From assembly GCF_963921235.1 (NCBI RefSeq), contig NC_086097.1:246514001-246578000 (forward strand): DNA of 64,000 nucleotides, given 5' to 3'. Made by a program: the position numbers and the translations under genes. Within the stretch, counting starts at the first letter, position 1. Every line of letters starts with the position of its first letter. This document shows, piece by piece, positions 1 through 12,286 of this stretch. This DNA is from Mobula hypostoma (taxonomy: Eukaryota). The notes beneath the pieces were generated by a model, which was not told where the DNA came from, searched no databases, and worked only from the letters and a program-made list of their open reading frames with translations.

Positions 1-433
1 TTAAGTGAGGGAGAGTTGCGCAGCGTCAGCCTCACTCTCTCTTCCCAATTCCCATCTGGATCCAGTGGCAAGACAGAGTCGAGATGGCTGGAGATGGGAC
101 TAGGCGCAGTGGATGACCAGGACATCTTCTGTGTCTTGTCCTGCTCTACACGTTCCACGACGCTTGTACAGACCGCCTTCTTGACCGTTGGACCTTCCAT
201 TGGTCTCGTCCGCTCAATCCGCCGGAGTCTGTCTTCACATGCTGGGATAGACAACTCCCTATCTCACTGAGGGTTTGAGACCCGTCGGCTACCCTCACCT
301 GTAGCCGGCCTGTCGAAGCCATTGCCCGGGGTGTGGCCGCTGTCGCATGCAAACAGCTACGGGGAGCCACAGGTGACAGCTGAGTGCCAGGTGGGGACCA
401 AAGGTGGACTAACTGCCCTGAAAAGGACGCAAC
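1..433 (-). mobile_element. Probable 5' UTR of an RTE-type non-LTR retrotransposon, continuing beyond the window start
   Basis: GC-rich, structured, non-coding block with a sharp boundary at about 433. Resembles RTE-clade 5' UTRs and contains an HDV-like motif (see findings). No protein evidence inside the window. Confidence 0.5.
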
Positions 434-886
434 ATGTATAAGTATACAGTTAAGTTAAATAAGTAGTGTAAAAACAGAAATAAAAAAACAGTGAGTTAGT
501 GTTCTGGAGTTCAGTGACCATTCAGAAACTGGATGACAGAAGGGAAGAATCATTGCATGCATCTCTTCAAGCTTCTGTACTTCCTACTTGATGGTAGCAA
601 TGAGAACAAGGCATGTCCTGGGTTGTGGGGGTCCTTAATGATGGATGCCGCATTTCCTTGAAGATTTCCTGGGTACTAGGGAGGCTGGTGCTCATGATGG
701 AACTGACTAAGTTTACGACTCTCTGCAGCTTACTTGGATGCTGTGTGGTAGCTCCTACCCCCACCCCGCCCTCACCACCATACCAGGCAGTGATGCAGCC
801 AGTTAGAATGCTCTCCACAGTAATCTTCATCTTTAGTCTTGTTTTTAAATAGCAACAGTGATGGATCCTGTCTGCTATTTAATGTA

Positions 887-1428
887 CACTCAGTGGCCAC
901 TTTATTAGGTATACCTGTACGCTAATGCAAATATCTAATCAGCCAGTCATGTGGCAGCAACTCAGTGCATAGTGGCATGCAGACAGGGTCAAGAGGTTCA
1001 GTTATTGTACAGATCAAACATCAGAATGGGGATAAAATGGGATCTAAGTGGCTTTGATGATGGAATGATTGTTTCTGCCAGACAGGGTGGTTTGAGTATC
1101 TCAGAAACAGCTGATCACCTGAGATTTTCATGCACAGCAGTCTTTAGAGTTTACTGAAACGGTGCAAAAAACATCCAATGAGCAGCAATCCCGTGGACGA
1201 AAACGTCTCGTTATTGAGAGAGGGCAGAGGAAAATTACAAAATTGATTCAAACTAATAGGAAGGTGACAGTAACTTAAATAACCACATGTCACAACAATG
1301 GCATGCAGAAGAGCATCTCTCAACACCTATATCCATCTCTGAGGTGGATGGGCTACAACAGCAGGAGGCCATAAACAATTCAGCGGCCACCTTACACATG
1401 AGGTGCCTAATAAACTGGCAACTGAATG
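887..1428. mobile_element. Non-autonomous Tc1/mariner-like DNA transposon
   Basis: Imperfect TIRs cactcagtggccactttattagg ... cctaataaactggcaactgaatg, flanked by TA on both sides. Remnant transposase N-terminus in ORF 951..1157 (DLSGFDDGMIVSARQGGLSISETA). Confidence 0.85.
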
Positions 1429-1638
1429 TACATTCTGGTGAAAACATATAACCTGGAATATTGAGTTTCTGAATAAGTGTAAGGTTAACATACCATGGTT
1501 TCCTCTTTGCCTACCTCGTGTTCTTCCAACTAGTGAGGTATCCACAAGGGTGGTAATTTAAGTCTACCAGCACTTGATGCATCCAAAAAAAGACTTCACC
1601 ATTCCAAAATCTAGTCTGGCATTTTTAACATGTGTCAT

Positions 1639-1720
1639 GGCAGCACGGTAGTGTAGCAGTTAGTGCAACACTTTACAGTGCCAACGACCGGGGTTCAGTT
1701 CCCACCACTGTCTGCGAAAG
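1639..1720 (+). mobile_element. tRNA-derived SINE head
   Basis: A-box-like tagtgtagcagttag and B-box-like ggttcagttccc. Related copies at about 2130-2330(-), 34995-35070(+), 49845-50060(+), 52590-52730(-) and 61320-61490(-). Confidence 0.7.
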
Positions 1721-3621
1721 GTATGTCACATGTACACTGAAACATCGATACATGCAGTCAATGACCAACACAGTCTGAAATGACCTGGGGACAGTCAACT
1801 AGCATTTGAAGTGTCCAAAAATATCCTTGGTCACTTTTCAACTTTAGTATGGCATCTTCAATGCATCAGCATTGCCCTAGAGCAGAACTGAAGTGTCTGT
1901 CAGTTAGTGCATTAAAATCTCTGGAATTGGAGACAGCCCACCATTTACTGATGCAAAAACTAGAAACACAGGTAAAGATAACGACAAAGAATAATTTTAT
2001 TTGTCACATATTCACCAAAACATTGGAACATACAGTGAAATGTGTCGTATGCACCAACAACCAATGCAGTCTGCGGATGTGCTGAGGACAGGCCACATGT
2101 TACCAGCCTTTCAGCACCAACACAGCATGCCCACAACTTACTAACCCTAACCTCTATGCCTTTGCAATGTGGCAAGAAAACAGAGCACTCAGAGGAAACC
2201 CACGCAGTCGGGGAGATGCACAAAATCCTTACAAACGTCGTCGAGGATTGAACCTGGAATGCCGGCACTGTAAAGCATTTTGCTAACAGCTACACTATCA
2301 TGCTGCCCAGTCTATGCCGCTGTGCTGCCCAAACTCTGTCTTAATTATGACTACAGGTCAGTGATTCATAAATTTCTTTGTGGACCGATTAGGAATGTGT
2401 TTTTATTTAATCCCCATTGATATTTGCATGTACGCACAAGAGGTAAAGATTGTCATGTTTGGGAATGTCTTTTATCATCCAGCACTACTGTGGGTGCTTA
2501 CATTCCCACTACTGTGTGTATACTGTAGATTCTACACTTTGTGAGGCCTCGTGCAGAATTAAACCCTGATCTCTGGAGCAGGTAGCGTTTAACTATATGT
2601 TCTGAATACAATGGATTTGGCAAATATTGCTTTTATATGAGCAATGCCCATAAGTCATCTATTAATTGTGAAATGCTTGTGCAACACTCAAATTTATTTT
2701 ATTTTATTTCTTACTTAGAGATATAGCACAGAACAGGTCCATCCGGCCCGATGAGCTATGCTACCTAGCAACACACCTATTTAACACTAGCCTAATCACA
2801 GGACAATATACAATGACCTACTAACTGATTATTTCAAGTTCAAATTTAATTGTCATTGAACCAGGCATGAATACACATAAATACAGCCAAACAAAACAGT
2901 GCTACTCCAGGGCCAAGGTACAACACACAGTACTAACAGTCATAGACAGCACAAGGCACATATAAGATATCAGTAAAATACAGTCAAACAAACGTTGTCC
3001 AAGACCCTGGATCCATGAATGCTGTAGCAGTCTGCAATCAAACACAATACAGCTTGTCTTCCGCCAAGTGAGCACGAAGGTGGGGGCGGGAGGGCAGCAT
3101 TGACTCCAGTGTGGACGTCACATCACAATGCCCCCGGTGGACACCTATCTCCCGGGTGGCTGTAAACAGGCAACACCGTGGCTTGAGGCCTAATCTTTGC
3201 TCTAACTGAAGTCAAGCAGCTCCCCTGCCATCTATCAATAAATTAGTTATCCAGACTTGCAGCATTCCACATTAACAATGTCTGACAGGGTCTTGCAATC
3301 ACAAGAAAAGTGACTAAGATGATCACTCGCTGTTAGACTTCACACCTTCGTCATGCTTCCACTCCTCCAACACCTCCCTGTTGCAGGCAGCAGCATGATC
3401 CGCACCAAGTCCAGCTCCTTCAGTTTCTCCTCAAATGAGTGACTCACTGATGGGAATATACTGGCAGTACTTTAAGTTCTTAATGTCCAGCAGGGTGTTG
3501 CAATTGTAAAATAAAACATTTAAAAAGGACAATAATACCTTTGGCTGACCCTGTAGAAGGTGCTGCGATCCAACACATCGCCATCTTACTAACCAATACA
3601 CATAATGTTAAACCTTATCAG

Positions 3622-4190
3622 AAGTGGAGAGGGTAAGCAATTTCAAGTTCCTGGGGGCTAGTATCGCTGAGAGCCTAACCTGGTCCCAACGTATCGATGC
3701 AGCTACAAAGAAGGCAAGACAGTGGCTATATTTCATTAGGAGTTTGAGGAGATTTGATATGTCACCTAAACAAATTTCTACAGATATACTCTGGAGAGCA
3801 TTCCAACTGGCTGCATCAACGCCTGGTACTTGGAGGGGGTGGGTGTGCTACCTCCATAGTATCCAAGACATCTTCAAGCAACGATGCCTCAAAAAGGTGG
3901 TATTCATCATTAAAGTCCCCCATCACCCAGAACATACCCTCCTCTCACTGCTGCCTTCAAGTTGGAGATACAGAACGGTTTCTTCCCTTCTGCCATCAGA
4001 TTTCTGAATGGACATTGAACCCATGAACACTACTTCATTACTTTTTTATTTCTGTTTTTGTATTAATTTTACTTATTGTAATGCACAGTTTTTTTCTAAA
4101 TAACCATGTATTGCAAAACATGTATTGCTGCTGCAAAACAACAAATTTCACGATGTACGCCGGTGATATTAAATCTGATTATGATTCATC
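3622..4190 (+). mobile_element. Rex1/Babar-type LINE 3' fragment, decayed
   Basis: ORF 3624..4007 reads ERVSNFKFLG..I.ESLTWS..KKARQ.LYFIRSLRRF. The family 3' UTR ends in a ctgatt-type tail. Confidence 0.75.
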
Positions 4191-6061
4191 CTGAGAACGT
4201 TAGGCAGATGGAAGAGCTAACTAAACTGTTTTAGTAAACTTTATGCTTAGGATAATATATGTTTGCATTTTCACTCACAAAACTCACTCCACATGGTACT
4301 TTTGTACAATATAAACAAAAGCAAAATAAGACAGGATATGCAGGCCTCATGTGATAGAAAATTCCAGATGCTCTCCAGCAGCCACACCTCAGCGCTGGTG
4401 CCAAGTGGTGCTCGTGTCAGCCTTATTGCTGACATATGACTCAAAAATATTATAGCCAGGAAAAACAACCAACGGATAGAGATGGACAGTGCAAGAGTTT
4501 GCCAAAAAAATATTGGAAATGTATGCATGGTATGTGTCTGGTTTGAGTAACAATATAAAAGAAAGACATTATGAAATTTGGAAATCTGAAATAAACGCTT
4601 AAAATACAGGCAAATCACAGCTGGTAAGGCAGCAACTAGCAATCTGGTGGAGGATTAGTGTCTGTCCTAGAACCAGTTTATGGATATTCAATCAATGTAT
4701 ATAAGCTACCTTATGTATTTATACAGTATTTATTGTGTTTTTTGTTATTATGTTCTTTATCTTATTCTGCTTTTTTTCTGCTGCATTGGATCTGGAGTAA
4801 TATTTTGTTCTGCTTTACACTCTGTACTGGAAATGACATTAAACAATCTTGAATCTTGAAATCAGAAGGTCGAGCAGCCTCTGTGAGGGGAAATAAATTG
4901 TCAATGTTTCCATTAAAGATTAGGTTTTATTTGTGACACTTACATCAAAACGTATAGTGAAAGAAGTCATTTGTGTCAACATAATGACTTCTGGCGCCAA
5001 CGTAACATGCACACATCTCATTAACCCTAACCTGTAAATCTTTGCAATGTGGGAGGAAAATCGAGCACGTGAAGGAAACGCACAGAGCCCTGCATCAGGC
5101 TTTCGGATTGAAATCCTGTGTCAGGTCCTTTGGACAGAAAAATAGAATTAAATTTTCAAACTAGTGCTCCTTCATTTAAACCGTAAATCATTATTTGCAG
5201 AGATAATGGTGAGAGGCAGGTTCAGGGTACTGAAGTAGATGACTGACCATTATCAGAGGCTAAATGGCCTGCCCCTGTCCCTTACTCTATTTTCTAAACT
5301 GCAATGAAGCACATCTTCCAAAGTCATGGCAAATTTATTTACCAGCTTCTGCTCAAAAAGCTGACATTCCCACATCAAATTTCAAAGTAAATTGAATTTA
5401 TGAGGCCATAGCCAGGAGAGAGAACACAAGGGCGAACTCCAGAACAGGTTAAAGCATTGAGGCGCAAGAGTTGAAAATGAACTGGTGTTCAGCCCCACTG
5501 CTCCATGCCAGGCAAGATCCCCCACGAGCTCATATCATCTGCCTGCGTTTGGCCCATCGCTCTCTCTTCTCGCTACTACCATCGGGTGAGAGGTGCAGGA
5601 GTCGTGAGGCCCACACCACCAGATTCAGGAAAAGTTTCTGCCCTACAACCATCAGGCTCCTGGACCAGCAAGATGCCTTCACTCGCCTCAGCACTGAACT
5701 GGCAGGGACTCTGCAGCTCACTTTCCCAGAGTTGTTTATCTACTTTTATATTATTTGCATGATTTGCCCTCTTCTACAGTTTGTCAGTCTTCGTTGTGTA
5801 CAGTTTTTCATGGATTCTACTGCACTTTATTTTTCTTTGGTGCCTGAAAGAAAATGAACCTCAAGAATGTCCTGCCAAAAGGACTCAGCCCGATACATTG
5901 ACTATACTTTTTTCCTGCTGAGCTCCTCCAGCATTTTGTATGTGTTGCTTGGATTTCCATCATCTGCAATTTTTCTCATTTCTCAAGGTTGTTCTTTTGA
6001 TTGACACTAAATGAACAAAATCAGTGCAGACACCTAGTGGAGATAAAGGGCTGCATCTTCC

Positions 6062-6240
6062 AAATAACACACACAAAATGCTGGAGGAACTCAGCAGGCC
6101 AGGCAGCATCTATGGAAAAGAATACAGTCGATGTTTCAGACCGAGACGCTTTAGATGCTGCCTGGCCTGCTGAGTTCCTCCTGCATTTTGTGTGTGTTGT
6201 TTAGATTTCCAGCATCTGCAGATTTCCTCTTGTTTGTGAT
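6062..6240. mobile_element. Miniature inverted PLE-derived element forming a hairpin
   Basis: Arms of about 50 bp (6062-6112 and 6152-6202) are reverse complements of each other. The sequence matches the PLE pseudo-LTR at 12223-12320. Confidence 0.8.
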
Positions 6241-7002
6241 TGGCTTCCTCCAAATCTTCATTTTCATTATAATATTCAAGATTCAAAGTACATTTATTAT
6301 CAAAGAATGTACAAATTATACAACCTTGAGATTTGTTTGCTTACAGGTGGCCTCAAGGCAAGAAACTTGAAAGAACCAAAATAAAGAAATAAAAATAAAA
6401 GACTAGCACCCGATGCATGAGAAAGGGGGAAAAACATAATTCATGTAAATAATTGAAGTGAACGACAACATTCTGATCCAAACTGAGTCCTCAAAGCTGG
6501 TCCAAAGTCGTACTTATCAGTTCATCGTATTAGTGGGCACGGAGCACAGCAGCCGGATAGTCTTCAGCACTCAGTGCCATGAAGAGAGGAGTGACCATTG
6601 CAGAGAGCGAGCGAAATCAGTTCTCGGCCGGGATCCCAACACCCTGTCTTTTCAGTTTTTGTAGTGCCTAACTTGTTGAAGTAGTGAAATAGTTTCATTT
6701 GCATTCCTGGCATCTCCAAGCCTGAATGCTTGAAACCACATTAAGTAAAACTGTTCTGAATTGTCTTACTACTCATTTCTCACCATCAGTGAAAATAATC
6801 ACTGCTTTTTGAACACAATCTCATACAAATGATGCTGTTTAAAAACTGTTCACTCTAGGCATAGGGTAGTTTCTTAATGGCCACACAAGTGCACATATTT
6901 CACACTAGCTAGAAACTGCTTGTCAACAGTCTCCTGCCCCAAGGAAGAGGCATAAGTGCCCTTTCCTATCAGATTCCTTCTTTTTCAGCCCTTTAACTTC
7001 AA

Positions 7003-7056
7003 GTCAGGAACATTCATGCCATGACCCTGTTAATCCGAAAGGAGACCAATCCTGAC
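7003..7056 (+). ncRNA. Candidate HDV/CPEB3-like ribozyme remnant, P1 5' strand missing
   Basis: P2 GUCAGGA/UCCUGAC, L3-like UUCAUGC, P1' GACCCU, P4 UCC-GAAA-GGA, J4/2 CCAA. Located at the extreme 5' end of an Ingi-group element. Confidence 0.65.
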
Positions 7057-7466
7057 ATTACGCGCCAGACCAAGTGATCCAGTGGGTGGTAAAAGGATAA
7101 CCCTCGGCCCATTAGAAATCATGAAAATCGTTAGCCACAACATCGAAGGCTTCAGCCACAGTAAAGCAGAAATCCTGGCAAACTTAAAACCGGACATCTT
7201 GTGCAGACAAGAAACTCATAGGTTGAACAACCAACCCTATGTGCCAGGAATGCACTTGGCTATTGACACCCCTAGCCAAACTTGTAGAAGGGCAATCTTT
7301 GTTAAAGATAAATCTATAGTAATGAGCACAGCAAACACCCAAGTTGGCTCAATGGAACTTCTGAAAGTTGAAACAAAACACATAAATATCATCTCGGTCT
7401 ACAAACCCCCTAATGAACTATTCATGTGGCCAACTAACCTAGATCTCCAAGACAAAATGTACCTCA

Positions 7467-8073
7467 TGTAACATTCAGTTACATTGGCTCGTGTATGTCT
7501 AGGGGAAATCCAGCCCAGCACCCGCCTCAACACTCCCCACAGGGTCGGTTGCCGCCCGAATCAATCACAAACATCAATCATCAGCCAGCACACCCAGTAA
7601 ATTTTAACAAATACACTTTATAGATATTACTAATTCTATGACATTAATATACATTTGATACAGAGAGGAAAGTAATGAAAAAAAAGGCGCCAACACTTAT
7701 CAAAGTCCAAGTTCTTTGCGCACTATGTTGGAGCTCAATTCGACTTCAGACGACCACCCGAATTCCGTCAACTCACGGCTCGGGACCACCCTGAGTGATC
7801 GACCGGAGCCTCTCCACACATCCGCGGTCTTTCTCGTCTCTCCTCCGACCCCCTCCCAAAACTCAGTCCACAGTCATATCATACAGCAAGGTATCCGAAA
7901 ACAAAACGATACATAACCACCCATTGGCTAATAGAACCCTGTTATCTCATTTTAAAGTAAAACAAACTGTTAGCACAAACTCTCTTCAGCGTTAAAGCAC
8001 AACAAAGCCGCATTCCCCAGATTAACATAACAAAGTCACCATTTTAAATGTAACAAAAGAAAGACCCCGTACA
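7467..8073 (-). mobile_element. Solo LTR, probably Ty3/Gypsy type, inserted in the Vingi APE domain
   Basis: TG...CA termini and an exact 4-bp TSD ctca (7463-7466, 8074-8077). Removing it restores the frame DKMYLIIGDFNSHS. Strand inferred from CCAAT and TATAAA motifs on the minus strand. Confidence 0.85.
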
Positions 8074-11000
8074 CTCATTATTGGTGACTTTAATAGCCAT
8101 AGCACCAACTGGGGATACGAAGATGACGATGCAAATGAAGAAGAAGTTGTATCATGGGCTCTAAACAACAGCCTTGAGCTACTATACGAGTCAAAGGACA
8201 CCCTTACCTTCACAAGTGCCAGATGGAGAAAAGGATACAATTTAGACCTTGCCTTTGTTACCTCGGCAAGCTCCAACCTCTTCACACGAACAGTCCTCCA
8301 ACATATACCCAAATCCCAACACTGTCCAGTCCAGGTAGAATCCCTTCCAGTTCTGAGACCTGTAGCATCAAAGTACCTACCAAGATTTAACCTGAGAAAA
8401 GCAAATTGGACATCTTTCGCAGAAATCCTTGATCAACTTATCAATATCATACCGCCAGAATCTGATCATTCTGATGAATTTGTCCGACTAATCTGGAAAG
8501 TAGCGCAGTAGAACATACCTAGAGGCTGTAGAACCAAATATATTCAGGGATTGACTCGTGATATCAAGCAAAGTTATGATGAGTATGTCAACTTATACTA
8601 TCAAAATACAATTGAAATGGGAGAGTTGGTTCTGTCCCTATTGAGCCAAGAGAGACAACAGTGTTGGCAGGAACTGATAGAAAACACAGATATGACCAAG
8701 AACAGTAAGAAGGCATGGGCAACTGTTTGGAAACTCAACTCAGACAATAGACCACCACAGAGAGTTGCTGCTGTAACACCCAGTCAGGTTGCCCACCAAC
8801 TAATACTAAATGGTCAACCAAATAACAAGGAACAGAGGCAAAAGAAAAAGCAACATCAGGAGATGGAGTCAGCTCTCTCAAACAGGAATAACAACTTCCC
8901 ACCTCTCACCCTAGAAGAATTAAAGGATGAAGTATCACAGCTAAAATCCAACAAAGCTGCTGGCATTGATGCGATTCTTAATGAATTCCTTAAACGTTTT
9001 GGACCTAAAGCACTCCACTGGCTTCTGTCCCTTTTTAGCTGTTGCCTAAGATCATTAAACATACCTAAAAAGTGAAGAGCCAAAGTTGTTGCTCTCCTAA
9101 AACCCAATAAAAATCCCAAAACTCCTAAAAATTACAGACCAGTTTCCTTGCTCTGCACCCTCTATAAACTCTACAAGAGACACACACTGAAAAGAATATT
9201 CCCTTTTCGAAGATCTTCTAACACCAGACCAAGCCGGGTTCAGGCCAGGCCGCTCTTGCTGTCGTCAGTTCCTGATCTTAACCCAATGTATTGAGGATGG
9301 CTTTGAAATGCGACAAATTACAGGAGCAGTATTCATTGACTTAACAGCAGCATATGACACTGTGAATCACAGAAGCCTTCTACTGAAATTATCTAAAATG
9401 TTAAAGAATGAAACCACAGTCAAAGTAATAAGAAGCCTCCTAGAAAATCACAGATTTTATGTAGAAATGAATGGAACTAAGAGCAGGTGGCGAGCACAAA
9501 AGAACGGACTACCACAGGGATCAGTCCTGGCACCTCTACTATTTAATGCTTACACAAATGACCAACCAACCTTTCCTAACACGCGCAGGTTTATCTACGC
9601 AGACGACCTATGCATAGCAACACAAGCTAACTCCTTCCAAGAAGTTGAAGTACAACTTACAGCAGTCCTCGAAGCAATGAAGCAGTATTATGAAAAATGG
9701 TCTCTGAACCCAAATCCATCAAAAACTCAAGTGTGTGCATTCCACCTGAGGAATCGACAAGCAGCTCGGAAACTCAAGATCTTCTGGTGTGGGAAGGAGC
9801 TCGAAAACCATCTGACTCCAATTTACCTGGGCGTAACACTGGATAGGACGCTCTCATTTGCCACCCATATCCAAAAACTCTGAGGGAAAGTTGGCTCTCG
9901 CAATTCTCTCTTGAAAAAATTAGCAGGCACGAAATGGGGAGCTAATGCTCACACACTTAGATCAACTGCCCTAGCGCTCTGCTATGCACCTGCAGAGTAC
10001 TGTGCATCTGTGTGGGGCGGATCAGCCCATGCGAAGAAAATAGACCCATTGCTTAACGAAGCCTGCCGAATAATCACGGGCACACTGCGCCCCACACCCA
10101 CTAACATCATTTACAGACTTGCAGGCATTGCTCTCCCAGAGATCCAAAGACAAACTACAACAAAAATTGAAAAAGGTAAACAGAACTCGGATCCACGGCA
10201 CCCACTACATCATCATGTGCCACTTTCCAACCGCCTAAAATCGAGGAAAACCTTTGCTACAGTGGAGGAACTACCACATGGAACATTCCCCCAAACATAA
10301 AGGATTGACCTCTAGCAAAAAACGGAAGCCAGAACCCCACCAAACAATACAGTGCAAGACCCCACAGAAACGTTGCCAGTCGGGGCACTGCTTGACAGAC
10401 GTAAGTGGTGCACTCTCAACGGAGCAAGAGCGGGAGTTTGTAGGACGGGAAACAATATGGTGAAGTGGGGTTTAAAGACCAGTGAATCCTATGAGTGTGG
10501 CGAAAGGGTGCAGAACATTGCACACGTTCTACCCAACTGCCCACTCTCACCTGATTTAGCTGACACTGACTTGCTCAACATCAACCAAACAACACTAGAG
10601 TGGCTGGCTGTCTGGTGCGACAAGCTATGATGATGAGCCCACTAACTTCTTCATCTGTCACCTCCCAACTTCTCACTTTATCCCCCTTCACCCGGCTTCA
10701 CTTATCACCTTCTAGCTTGTACTCCTTCCCCTCACCCCAACTACTTATTTTGGCTTCTTCCCCCTTCCTTTCCAGCACTGATGAAGAGCCTTTGCCTGAA
10801 ACATTGACTGTTTATTCTTTTCCATAGATGCTGCCTGATCTTCTGAGTTCCTCCAGTATTTTGTGTGCGTTGCTCTCGATTTCCAGCATCTGCACAATCT
10901 CTTGTGTTTAGCTCTTTTTCTCTGATTGGACGGTTAAAGAGACTGCCTTCTCACTGTGTCCATCAGTGTAAAGGTTACATCACCCTCTTCAATCTTTTCT

Positions 11001-11199
11001 CACTTCCAGAAAGATGTCTTTCTGCTGTCTGCAACCGTCCTTGTGGTACTTCAAAATTGGCCCATCACATTCAGAGGGTCAGATGCAGGGAAAAAGAACT
11101 CACACCATACTTCTGATAGGAAATGAGGTTTTATAACCTCATATAAGATCTATCGTAGATTAAGAAGCTTCAGTCAGCTTTCTAAGGTCTGTCATGTCC

Positions 11200-11615
11200 T
11201 GCTGCATAGGATCAGTAAAAGCTGCAAAAAGTTATAAACTCTGCCAGTTCCATCATGGGTACTAGCCTTCCTAGCATCCAGGACACCTTCAAAAGACAAT
11301 GCCTCAAAAAAGACAGCATCCATCATTAAGGACCCCCAACACCCAGGACATGTCCTCTTCCCAGTACTACCAGAGAGGAGGTACAGGATCCGGAAGACAC
11401 ACACTCAATGTTTCAGGAAACAGCTTCTTCTCCTCCGCCTTCAGATTTCTGAATGGACAATGAACCCATGAACACTACCTCACTACTTTTCCCCCTCTCT
11501 TTTTGCCTAACTTATTTAATTTGTTTAATATATACTTCTTATTGTGACATAATTTTTATTATTATGTATCATAATGTACTGCTGCCACAAGACAACAAAT
11601 TTCACAACATATGCC
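11200..11615 (+). mobile_element. Rex1/Babar-derived 3' fragment
   Basis: Same 3' module as 3622-4190 (catcattaaggacccc..cacccaggacatg..ttcaggaaacagcttct). Similar copies at about 490-825(-), 38565-38985(+), 42560-42930(+), 50470-50690(-) and 56150-56460(-). Confidence 0.7.
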
Positions 11616-12286
11616 AGTCAAAAATATTCGGATACAGCCAAAGTGCCGAGACGGAGACACTGAAGCAGGTGAACAGGTTGCTGACTTTAATGAGAACTGT
11701 TGCAGAATTGAAAGGAAAAGGATAACAATAAAAGCTAGGCTAACAGGGCCGTTAACTGAAACTCTCAGAATGAAAGTTAAAATGCCAACACCACAGCTGG
11801 AAGCAATAACTAAATACTAAATGAATACCGCTCCTCATTGTGTCTGTCGAAATGGTAGTTCTCTTTCCCAGACAAGGATGACTGCAAGCAGGAAGCGTAA
11901 ATGTTGCTGTGCTTTTGGTCAAGTTTCGACAAGACTAGAACAACAAGAAGGGAGTTAAAATCCACCATAATGAAACGGTAATTAGCTGGAACATGCATAA
12001 TGACAAGCAGGATTGCCGAAACTAATGCGCAGCCCACCAGCGTGGGCACGTAGACCCCGCAGTAGAGTCTGTGGTCATGTCAATGCCAATGATATTAAAC
12101 CTGATATTGATTCTGAATCAATTCTGCACAAATTTCAATACTTGTACTGCTGAAACAATAATCCACAAGTTATTACAACAAGTACCATAAACAACAGGAA
12201 TTCTACAGATGCTGGAAATTCAAGCAACACACATCAAAGTTGCTGGTGAACGCAGCAGGCCAGGCAGCATCTCTAGGAAGAGGTAC

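Larger units (their letters stand above)
7001..10635 (+). mobile_element. Near full-length Vingi/Ingi-like non-LTR retrotransposon (APE + RT, no RNase H seen), inactivated
   Basis: APE motifs SHNIEG, QETH, SVYKPP, IIGDFNSH. RT motifs AVFIDLTAAYDTV, GLPQGSVLAP, FIYADD, YLGVTLD. C-terminal WGANAHTLRSTALALCY..AEYC..VW is typical of Vingi/Ingi. (TGA)n tail. Probable 14-bp TSD with 2 mismatches: agccctttaacttc (6987-7000) and agcccactaacttc (10636-10649). Several stops and frameshifts. Confidence 0.85.

Noticed and set aside
1639..1720. tRNA gene
   Set aside because: Has A/B-box-like motifs, but I could not build a full cloverleaf. It continues into SINE body sequence and has several decayed copies.
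7082..7125. Possible 2A (StopGo) peptide at the Vingi N-terminus (..RITLGP)
   Set aside because: Lacks the D(V/I)ExNPGP consensus. Only the final GP matches.
11611..12049. Short ORFs 11611..11820 and 11810..12049 as novel genes
   Set aside because: No recognisable motif or splice support. The segment interrupts a Rex-derived tail and is probably another unclassified insertion.
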